Origin: Akkermansia muciniphila ATCC BAA-835
GTDB taxonomy: Bacteria > Verrucomicrobiota > Verrucomicrobiia > Verrucomicrobiales > Akkermansiaceae
Reading direction: 5' to 3'
Length of the DNA: 32,000 nucleotides
Assembly: GCF_000020225.1 (NCBI RefSeq)
Contig: NC_010655.1
Location: forward strand, 420,001-452,000
A program made the translations under genes and the position numbers. Position 1 is the stretch's first letter. Each line of letters begins with the position of its first letter. Below, piece by piece: positions 24,638 to 32,000 of the stretch. Below the pieces are notes generated by a model. That model saw nothing but the letters and a program-made list of their open reading frames with translations. It was not told where the DNA came from and searched no databases.

Positions 24638-25288
24638 GACGGTATCTATTGTTTCATCGTTTCCGGGCCAACCGTGAAAGGCAACCCGCATGAAGGATAG
24701 AAGCACCCGAGAATAAAAGCGTTCATATTTCCATTGTCATTATCCTAGGTATAATTTTCCCGGAAAAACACAGAGTCGAGATTTATTTCATCATTCATTG
24801 ATGACTAAAAATTATTTAATTGCAAATATCTTTATAAAAACTCGCCAATATCTCCAGATAACTTTATGTATGACATCTCCATATTATGACAGTTAAGAGA
24901 AACGGACGTTTTCGGATGCAATTCCCAGACGGGATAATGTGTTACCCCCTATCTTAACAATACAACATCCATTGGAAAAAACTGTGTCACGGACTTTTAC
25001 GGTTCCTGATGCTGAGGCGTGCATGCGCATTTTCAGAAAGGGAAAAATACGGATTAACCCGAATTTCCATCAAAAAAACTGCTGCACAATAATAAAACCA
25101 ACATCGTGGAATCTTCCCCGCTTTTCCTGATGAGCAACTTCTGGTGCAGACAGGGGGAAGAAATACCCAACCTATACCGGGTTAATGCCGTGGCAAGTTA
25201 CACCCTTTTAAGCCACGGCTGGCAGCAGAGGTACCTTCTCCCCCTCCCTGCACTTTTTACCCGGTCAACAGGTGGCATTCCTTCAAGA

Positions 25289-25852
25289 TTACTCCCGTTC
25301 AATTTTCCGGAAGGTATCCTTCACATAAAGTACATGCGGATAAAGAATGGAATCCGGAGCTACTTTGGGATGATTGAATTCCGCTATTTTTCGCATTCCA
25401 ACACGTTGCATCACAGCTTGTGAAGGGAAATTCACGCAAGCAGTAAAAGAATATACCCTGTCAAAGCCGAATCGTGCAAAACCATGTTTCAGGCATGCAC
25501 GGGCGCCTTCCGTAGCGTATCCGTACCCCCAGGCTTCCGGCACAAGCCTCCAGCCTATTTCCACACACGGTGTAAAGTCCGCTTCAAAATCAGCCCAATG
25601 AAAGCCGAGAAGTCCGATCAAGGAACCGGAATGTTTCAATTCCACTGCGTACAATCCATACCCTCTTTCATCCAGTTCTTTCCGTATACGGTTCCACATG
25701 GAAAGAGAATCCTTTTCCGTCATGACACCGGGAAAAAAACGCATCACCTGGGGATTGGCGTTCATAGCCGCAAAAAAAGGCCAGTCTTTTTCCCGCCACT
25801 CCCGTAACACCAGGCGTTCAGATTCCGGCAATGACAGTTTTCCTCCCGGCAT
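25289..25852 (-). CDS. GNAT-family N-acetyltransferase (RimJ/RimL-like)
   Basis: LVLREWREKDW...MRFFPG...GLIGLLGF...EIGWRLVPEAWGYGYATEGARACLKHGF. 187 aa. It starts 4 nt after the dnaE stop. Confidence 0.9.
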   Translation of the reverse strand: MPGGKLSLPESERLVLREWREKDWPFFAAMNANPQVMRFFPGVMTEKDSLSMWNRIRKELDERGYGLYAVELKHSGSLIGLLGFHWADFEADFTPCVEIGWRLVPEAWGYGYATEGARACLKHGFARFGFDRVYSFTACVNFPSQAVMQRVGMRKIAEFNHPKVAPDSILYPHVLYVKDTFRKIERE

Positions 25853-25856
25853 GGCC

Positions 25857-28800
25857 TTAGTTGTACATGGAAAGCTCTGTTTCCAGCTCCGGGCAGCGAT
25901 TCACGCGAAACCGTTCATCCAGTTCCAGAATTTGGCTATGGCCCAGGCTGTCCTTGATGGTGAGATTGACTTTGGAACGACCGGGATACCTTTTTAGAAT
26001 ATCCCGTATCTGTTCCAGATTTTTTCTCGTGTGGCGGAGGGGACTGACAATGATATTCAGAGGCCCCTGATCCCCGGATTTGGATTTGCGCTTTTTGCCT
26101 CCAAGTGGGTCAATGCTCTGGGCAGCCACGCTTTTGGAGGATGTACGGTCATCCTCCCGGATGTTGGCTCGCACGGAGACGAAAACGCCCGGCTCCAAGC
26201 CTCCCTCCATTTCCTGAGCCTTTTCATAAACATCCGACCACAACAACACTTCTATGCTGCCGGTAAAATCTTCCAACGTCAGAATGGCGAATTTTCTACC
26301 GGCCTTGCTGATTTTGGGGGTGACGGAACGAACCATGCCGGCAATCTGGTGCTTCTGCTTGAGTTCGTGTGGTTCCAGCGTGTCAATGAGTCCTATGCGG
26401 GTATATTTTTCCGCATCAATGACACCGCGCATGGAGTCCAGGGGATGGCCGCAAAAATAAGCGCCCAACAGATCCTTTTCATCTCCCATACGCTGCTCCT
26501 TGGACCACTCTGGAACGGCAGGTTCATCCTTCACCCTGGGCGCTTCAAAGGTCATGTCAAACAGAGACCCCTGCCCCAGAGCCTTATCCTTATGTACCTG
26601 GGAAGCTCCGCTGAGGGCCAGGTCCACACGTTCGAACAGAACACAACGCGGCTCCAGCGTCCAGTCCAGCGCTCCCGCACGAATCAGGGATTCCAGAATC
26701 TTTTTGTTGACAGATTTGGAATCCAGCCTGTTACAAATGTCCTCCATACTGGAAAATTCCCCATTCTTCTCTCTTTCTTCCAGAAGAATCTGCATAGCCC
26801 CCTCTCCCACGTTCTTAATGGCCGCCAGCCCATAACGCACGGCCAGCTTGCCGGAGGGCATTTTCTCAGGAGTGAACTTGAGCATGGATTTATTCACATC
26901 GGGAGGCAGGATCTCAATACCCATGCGATTGGCTTCCTGAATGAACACTCCGATTTTGTCATTGTTCGCCTCATTAGACATCAGCCCGCAGAGGAATTCC
27001 ACAGGGAAGTGGGCCTTGAGATAGGCCGTCCAGTAGGAAATATGCCCGTAGCAAGCGGAGTGGGATTTATTAAAACCATACCCGGCGAATTTTTCAATCT
27101 TGTCAAAGATAGCTGTAGCCGTTTTTTCATCAATCTGGTTTGTTTTCCAGCATCCTTCCACAAAGTGGGCCTTTTCCTTGGCCATCTTCGCCGGGTCTTT
27201 CTTGCCCATGGCGCGCCGCAGAAGGTCGGCCCCGCCAAGCGTATAGCCGGCCAGCAGCTTGGCCGCCGCCTGCACCTGTTCCTGGTAGATCATCACGCCG
27301 TAGGTTTCCCCACTGACCTGTTCCAGCAAAGGATGCTCATACTCCACCTGGCGCAGTCCCTTCTTCACTTCAATCATTTCATCCATAAACTGCATGGCTC
27401 CCGGTCGGTAAAGAGCCAGCAAGTCAATGATGTCTTCAATTTTCTGAATCCCGTAACGGCGGCAAGTGTCCACCATACCGCCGGATTCCAATTGGAAAAC
27501 CCCCATCGTATCCCCCCTGTTCAGCAAGTCCAGGGTTTCCCGGTCATCCAGAGGGACGGAATCCAGTTTGAACTCCGGCACGCGCCAGCGGGCGTATTGC
27601 TCCGCATCATGCATGACGGTCAGGGTTTTCAAACCCAGGAAGTCCATCTTCAAAAGCCCCACTTCATAAATCGCGCTCATGTCGCACTGGGCGACGACAG
27701 CGGCATGAGGATCGGACAGATCGTCACGGGTAAGGGCCACATGCTCGTCCAGGGGACGGTCACCGATCACAACACCTGCCGCATGTACCCCCACGTTGCG
27801 GATCAAGCCTTCCAGGCGGGTCGCGTACCCCCACAATTCCGCATACCCCTCATCAGAGGCAATCAACTCCCTCAGCTCCTCGTTACTCTTGTAGCTGGAC
27901 TGAAGAGTCACCTTGGGGCCGGTTTCGATAAGTTTGGAAATACGGTCCCCGTCCGCATAGGACATATCCATCACACGGGCTACATCCCTGAGTACGGACT
28001 TGGCCCCCATGGTGCCGTACGTAATAATGTGGGAAACAGCGCGCTCTCCGTATTTCTGCCGAACATAATCAATTACTTCCGGCCGGCGTGTCTGGCAAAA
28101 GTCAATATCAATATCCGGAGGGCTGACGCGTTCCGGATTTAGGAAACGTTCAAAGATTAATCCGAATCTCAGAGGATCTATGTTCGTGATTTTCATGGCA
28201 TAAGCCACCAAGGAACCGGCTGCAGAACCGCGACCGGGACCTACGGGAATGTCATGATCCTTGGCCCAGTTGATGAAATCCGCCGTAATCAGGAAATAGG
28301 AGGGAAATTTCAACTGGTTGATAATTCCAAGTTCATAATCCAGACGATCGCGCAATTCCTTATCTGCAGCTACACGTTCCTTTCCGTACCGTTCTTCCAG
28401 CCCCTTATAGCATACTTTACGCAGGTATTCTTCGCGCGACGACCCGTCCGGCGTGCCGAATTCGGGGTATTTCTCTGTACTGGTGGAATCCAGTTTGATG
28501 GCAACATTGCACCGTTCCGCAATTTTCAACGTATTTTCCACGGCCTCCGGATAATCCTTGAACACCTCCCGCATTTCCTCTGGAGATTTCAAATACACTT
28601 CCGTGGAATAGCGCATGCGTTTTGGGGAAGCCAGTTTTTCGTTGGTTCCGATGCAAATCAGAACATCGTGCATGTCGTGATCTTCCTTCCTGAGGAAGTG
28701 CACGTCATTGGTGGCAACAATGGGGGTATTGGTCTTGCGGGCGATACGCACCAGCTCCGGCAGGCATTTTTTCTGTTCCTCCATGCCATGGTCCTGAAGC

Positions 28801-29381
28801 TCTACAAAAATATTGTCGTCCCCAAAAATATCCTTTAGCGCCAGAAGGGCTTCCTCTGCTTTTTCAGGCTGGTCATTGAGCAGCCACTCATTAAGCGGTC
28901 CGGCAATGCATGCTGTACAACAGATGAGGCCCTCATGAAATTCCCTCAGGGTTTCCATATCCACGCGGGGTTTATAATAAAAGCCTTCCAAGTGGGAACG
29001 GGACACCAGTTTAACCAGATTCTGCCACCCGGTTTCATTTTCCGCCAGCAAAAGGAGATGTGTGTATTTGCGGCGGCCGGGAAGCTGTTTTTTCACGCTG
29101 ATGGGCGTCGGGGAAAGGTAAACCTCGCAACCAAAGATAGGCTTTACCTCCTGCTTCTGCGGTCCTTCCGGATGCTCCTTGTTCCAGGCGGCCACGGATT
29201 TATTGAGGCTGTTTGTCTCCATGACCAGTTCAATGGCTCCGAACAGATTGCCGTGATCCGTAACAGCAACGGCGGGCATCCCCATGCGGGAACACTCAGC
29301 AATGAGGTCCTTGATATGGACTGCGCCGTCCAACAACGAATATTCCGTGTGATTGTGAAGGTGTACGAAGGAACCGGGCAT
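25857..29381 (-). CDS. dnaE: DNA polymerase III alpha subunit
   Basis: PHP domain FVHLHNHTEYSLLDGA, polymerase core (GPGRGSAAGSLVAYAMKITNIDP, FERFLNPERVSPPDIDIDF) and an OB-fold C-terminus. The start is set at ATG 29381 (MPGSFVHLH..., 1174 aa) rather than the track start 29456. Confidence 0.97.
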   Translation of the reverse strand: MPGSFVHLHNHTEYSLLDGAVHIKDLIAECSRMGMPAVAVTDHGNLFGAIELVMETNSLNKSVAAWNKEHPEGPQKQEVKPIFGCEVYLSPTPISVKKQLPGRRKYTHLLLLAENETGWQNLVKLVSRSHLEGFYYKPRVDMETLREFHEGLICCTACIAGPLNEWLLNDQPEKAEEALLALKDIFGDDNIFVELQDHGMEEQKKCLPELVRIARKTNTPIVATNDVHFLRKEDHDMHDVLICIGTNEKLASPKRMRYSTEVYLKSPEEMREVFKDYPEAVENTLKIAERCNVAIKLDSTSTEKYPEFGTPDGSSREEYLRKVCYKGLEERYGKERVAADKELRDRLDYELGIINQLKFPSYFLITADFINWAKDHDIPVGPGRGSAAGSLVAYAMKITNIDPLRFGLIFERFLNPERVSPPDIDIDFCQTRRPEVIDYVRQKYGERAVSHIITYGTMGAKSVLRDVARVMDMSYADGDRISKLIETGPKVTLQSSYKSNEELRELIASDEGYAELWGYATRLEGLIRNVGVHAAGVVIGDRPLDEHVALTRDDLSDPHAAVVAQCDMSAIYEVGLLKMDFLGLKTLTVMHDAEQYARWRVPEFKLDSVPLDDRETLDLLNRGDTMGVFQLESGGMVDTCRRYGIQKIEDIIDLLALYRPGAMQFMDEMIEVKKGLRQVEYEHPLLEQVSGETYGVMIYQEQVQAAAKLLAGYTLGGADLLRRAMGKKDPAKMAKEKAHFVEGCWKTNQIDEKTATAIFDKIEKFAGYGFNKSHSACYGHISYWTAYLKAHFPVEFLCGLMSNEANNDKIGVFIQEANRMGIEILPPDVNKSMLKFTPEKMPSGKLAVRYGLAAIKNVGEGAMQILLEEREKNGEFSSMEDICNRLDSKSVNKKILESLIRAGALDWTLEPRCVLFERVDLALSGASQVHKDKALGQGSLFDMTFEAPRVKDEPAVPEWSKEQRMGDEKDLLGAYFCGHPLDSMRGVIDAEKYTRIGLIDTLEPHELKQKHQIAGMVRSVTPKISKAGRKFAILTLEDFTGSIEVLLWSDVYEKAQEMEGGLEPGVFVSVRANIREDDRTSSKSVAAQSIDPLGGKKRKSKSGDQGPLNIIVSPLRHTRKNLEQIRDILKRYPGRSKVNLTIKDSLGHSQILELDERFRVNRCPELETELSMYN

Positions 29382-29413
29382 GGATGGATCCTGTAAGCGG
29401 TTAATAAAGGAAA

Positions 29414-30460
29414 TCAGCGGTGAACAGGGCATTCGGCCTTCATGGCTTCCACGCATTCCCGGATAAGGTCCGGGCCGCGATAAACGAAGCCGGTATAAAG
29501 CTGCACCAGGCTGGCTCCAGCCTTGATTTTGGCGACGGCGTCCACCCCGTTCATAATGCCTCCAACGCCAATGATCGGAATACGTCCTTTCAATTCGGAA
29601 GCAAAAGCTCCAATAACTTCCGTGGACCGTTCCGTCAGAGGAGCGCCTGACAGGCCGCCTGCTTCTTCATGCCGAGGATTGGCCTCTACCCCGACGCGGG
29701 AAAGAGTCGTATTCGTAGCAATAAGACCATCCAGTCCCTCATCCAGAAAAACGCGGCTGAGCTCCGCAATATGCTCATCTGTCACATCAGGAGCCACTTT
29801 CATAAAAATGGGCACATGGCGCCCCGTTTCCGCAGCCAAGTTGGATTGCTCCGATTTCAGGGAAGCCAGCAGACGGGCAGCGGGTTCCGCCGCCTGAAGG
29901 TCGCGCAGGCCTGGCGTATTGGGAGAAGAGAAATTAATGGCTATATAATCCGCCACAGGCCATGCCGCACGCAGACAAGTAAGGTAATCCTGGGCGGCAT
30001 CCTCATTGGGAGTTATTTTATTTTTCCCGATATTGACCCCCAGAACACCGTGAAAACGAGTGGCGGAACGAATGTTTTCCACTCCGGCGGCAATACCTTC
30101 ATTGTTAAATCCCATCCGGTTGATAATAGCTTTCTGGGGAATCAGCCGGAACAGGCGGGGCTTTTCATTGCCCGGTTGCGGCCGGGGCGTCAGCGTACCC
30201 ACTTCCACAAAACCGAATCCGGCCTGGCCAAAAGCGCTTACCGTATCCGCTTCCTTGTCCATTCCGGCGGCAAGTCCCACCCGGTTGGGGAATTTCATCC
30301 CCAGGATTTCCACAGGATCAGAAGGAACTTCCCCCATTACTAGAGGTAGTACACGCATCTTTTCTGCCAGGCGCAACCCCCACAAGGTCACCTTGTGGGC
30401 AGTTTCCGGATTCATTTGGAATAATACACTTTTAGCGGCGGAATATAAGGCGGGTGACAC
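29414..30460 (-). CDS. pyrD: dihydroorotate dehydrogenase (quinone), class 2
   Basis: The sequence aligns by eye with E. coli PyrD throughout (LFQMNPETAH, GLAAGMDK, EVGTLTPRPQPGNEKPRLFRL, INFSSPNTPGLR with catalytic Ser, GGLSG, IIGVGGI). The start is a GTG at 30460. The only in-frame ATG would remove the conserved N-terminal helix. Confidence 0.95.
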   Translation of the reverse strand: MSPALYSAAKSVLFQMNPETAHKVTLWGLRLAEKMRVLPLVMGEVPSDPVEILGMKFPNRVGLAAGMDKEADTVSAFGQAGFGFVEVGTLTPRPQPGNEKPRLFRLIPQKAIINRMGFNNEGIAAGVENIRSATRFHGVLGVNIGKNKITPNEDAAQDYLTCLRAAWPVADYIAINFSSPNTPGLRDLQAAEPAARLLASLKSEQSNLAAETGRHVPIFMKVAPDVTDEHIAELSRVFLDEGLDGLIATNTTLSRVGVEANPRHEEAGGLSGAPLTERSTEVIGAFASELKGRIPIIGVGGIMNGVDAVAKIKAGASLVQLYTGFVYRGPDLIRECVEAMKAECPVHR

Positions 30461-30547
30461 AATGCGGGGAGTGTATCACACCCTCTTTTAGGGTCAAGAA
30501 TGGGAAGCGTCTTGCCGGGATGATTTTATCCGGTACAATTCCTTGCC

Positions 30548-31192
30548 ATGAACAGGAAGGAATGCCTCTCATCCTGCCGTCTGTACGGTATTGTAGATAT
30601 GGGATATACAGCTGAACATCAACTACTCCCTGTAACAGAAAAACTATTGGCAGGCGGCCTGCGCATTCTCCAGCTAAGGGCAAAAAACCATAACCCGGAA
30701 CACATTGAAAATATGGGGCTCCAGCTTGCCCCCCTGTGCCGTAAATACGGCTGTCTTTTCATCATCAACGATTATCCTGAAATTGCCCTGAACATCGGCG
30801 CAGACGGCGTCCATCTGGGACAGGATGACGGAGACTTGGCATCCGTAAGGGGGCTGCTGGGAAAGGATGCCGTTATAGGACGGTCCACGCATAGTCCTGA
30901 ACAGGCCTTGGGTGCATGTGGAGAGCAGGCGGACTATATCGGGTTTGGGCCCTTGTTCCCCACGGGTACCAAACCGGGAAGACAGGCCATTGGCCTGGAA
31001 GACATCGCAAGCGTACAGCAACAGCTACCGGAAAATTTCCCTGTCTTCTGTATCGGCGGCATCAATGGGAACACACTGCCCTCCGTACTGGAGGCGGGGG
31101 CAAACAGGGTAGTCATCGTTTCCTGGCTGCTTACACACCCCGACATCACGGGAACAGTCAGAACTCTCAGAAAAGAACTGGGAGAAGCGTAA
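30548..31192 (+). CDS. thiE: thiamine-phosphate synthase
   Basis: LYGIVD...ILQLRAKN...LFIINDYPEIALNIGADGVHLGQDD...IGRSTHS...DYIGFGPLFPTGTK...FCIGGI. 214 aa. Confidence 0.92.
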   Translation: MNRKECLSSCRLYGIVDMGYTAEHQLLPVTEKLLAGGLRILQLRAKNHNPEHIENMGLQLAPLCRKYGCLFIINDYPEIALNIGADGVHLGQDDGDLASVRGLLGKDAVIGRSTHSPEQALGACGEQADYIGFGPLFPTGTKPGRQAIGLEDIASVQQQLPENFPVFCIGGINGNTLPSVLEAGANRVVIVSWLLTHPDITGTVRTLRKELGEA

Positions 31193-31217
31193 CGAAAAAC
31201 GCACACCCCCAGCCATG

Positions 31218-31892
31218 TTATCCCTGCCTTTCCTCTTCCTCCGGAGACAGAGCCGGACGGGAGATCAGAAAAACGGCGGTATTCACAATCATCTGCAAAA
31301 TGTGCTCCTGATCCTTCATCCACGGTTCCTTTTCTTGAAGATCCATGCACGCGACATATTTCCCCAACGTAGCATGGAAGATGGAACTCATGATATGCGC
31401 ATGCCAAGATAAGGAAAGCTCATCATCCCACGGACAGAATCTCCGAATTCTTGCTATCATCTCCTGGATAGATGGAGCATAAAATTCATCATAGATTTTT
31501 CTTCCCAGATATTCCGGCTCCTGCGGCAAACGCCACAATAAACGGACATGATCCGGCCCTCCCAGGCTCTCATCCAGAAATAGCCGGAAAGCAGGTTCTA
31601 TAAATGCACGGGCATACGCCCTCAGGGACGGATGAAGATCCGCCTCTTTCAGCATCTTCATGCGCGCTTTCATCAGAGGTTCCGCATATTGTCTGTAAAC
31701 AGCCAGATACAGTCCCTCCTTATTCTCAAAATAGTAAACGATAGAAGCCAGATTAACTCCTGCTTCAGAAGCGACCGCCCTCATGGTCACGCCATTAAAT
31801 CCCCTGAGGGCAAAAAGCTTCTGTGCAGCACGGAGGATTTTGCCGCTGGTTTCCGCAGAACGGTCGGACTGGGATTTGCGGGTAGAAGACAT
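31218..31892 (-). CDS. TetR/AcrR-family transcriptional regulator
   Basis: N-terminal HTH ILRAAQKLFALRGFNGVTMRAVASEAGVNLASIVYYFENKEGLY. 224 aa. Convergent with thiE, with a 25-nt gap. Confidence 0.9.
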   Translation of the reverse strand: MSSTRKSQSDRSAETSGKILRAAQKLFALRGFNGVTMRAVASEAGVNLASIVYYFENKEGLYLAVYRQYAEPLMKARMKMLKEADLHPSLRAYARAFIEPAFRLFLDESLGGPDHVRLLWRLPQEPEYLGRKIYDEFYAPSIQEMIARIRRFCPWDDELSLSWHAHIMSSIFHATLGKYVACMDLQEKEPWMKDQEHILQMIVNTAVFLISRPALSPEEEERQG

Positions 31893-31919
31893 CTCCTCAA
31901 CAATCAGACAATGCGCCGC

Positions 31920-32000
31920 CTAGCGGGAAGAACGGCTTGAGCCGATGGCTTTTACCAACTGTTCCATGTTTTGGGAGGACTGAATAGGCTTGCCGTCCTT
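31920..32000 (-). CDS. 3' end of an unidentified upstream gene (fragment)
   Basis: The minus-strand frame is open from the window edge (…KDGKPIQSSQNMEQLVKAIGSSRSSR) to TAG at 31922-31920, 27 nt upstream of the TetR ATG. It is too short to identify. Confidence 0.3.
   Translation of the reverse strand, partial: KDGKPIQSSQNMEQLVKAIGSSRSSR

Noticed and set aside
24939-25423. Plus-strand ORFs of 63 and 105 aa upstream of gadB and overlapping the GNAT gene.
   Set aside because: They start at non-ATG codons, lie in AT-rich leader DNA or antisense to the GNAT gene, and have no recognisable features.
30461-30547. Possible TPP riboswitch upstream of thiE.
   Set aside because: The pyrD-thiE divergent gap is only 87 nt and lacks the conserved CUGAGA and ACCUGA elements. 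Only a small bulged hairpin is present (CCGGGAT / ATCCGG, about 30513-30531).
1-32000. Search for CRISPR arrays, tandem repeats, IS elements, prophage or defence-type genes (nucleases, helicases, reverse transcriptases, toxin-antitoxin pairs).
   Set aside because: I saw no regularly spaced direct repeats and no proteins with such signatures. The only repeats noted are the short palindromic decamer and local hairpins reported above.

Overview
This is a dense chromosomal window with about 21 protein genes. I find no rRNA, tRNA, CRISPR array, transposase or integrase. Background composition is GC-rich: hand counts of sampled 60-nt lines give 57-67% G+C. The gene content (GH20 hexosaminidase, glutamate decarboxylase, sigma-54 activator, Pro-rich membrane proteins, weak Shine-Dalgarno usage) looks like a Verrucomicrobiota/Akkermansia-type gut bacterium. 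That is an inference I cannot verify here.

Layout:
- 1-8354: envelope-export locus. It holds two small Cys-Gly-Gly-Ser lipoproteins, a MacB-type pump (membrane-fusion protein, ATPase, FtsX permease), a ~1200-aa sensor/ABC fusion, and a divergent 140-aa protein.
- 8590-11012: an SDR oxidoreductase translationally coupled to a membrane-anchored protein with a GH75-like motif.
- 11014-15423, minus strand: ClC-family protein, then a GAF/sigma-54 activator, then a squalene/phytoene-synthase-like gene.
- 15594-18603: an outer-membrane beta-barrel gene and a GH20 beta-N-acetylhexosaminidase.
- 18604-23236: a low-GC insert with a beta-propeller protein, a small secreted protein and a 1.18-kb gene-free spacer.
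- 23237-32000: gadB, then ordinary housekeeping genes (GNAT, dnaE, pyrD, thiE, TetR).

Several ORF-track starts are TTG/GTG extensions; I moved these to the first sensible ATG.

The best candidates for something undescribed are:
- the sensor-ABC fusion plus lipoprotein/MacB-type locus;
- the low-GC propeller/small-protein insert with its structured non-coding spacer;
- the sigma-54 activator coupled to an orphan squalene-synthase-like gene beside a ClC homologue with a non-canonical selectivity filter.

None of these is demonstrated. All functional calls rest on motif recognition by eye.
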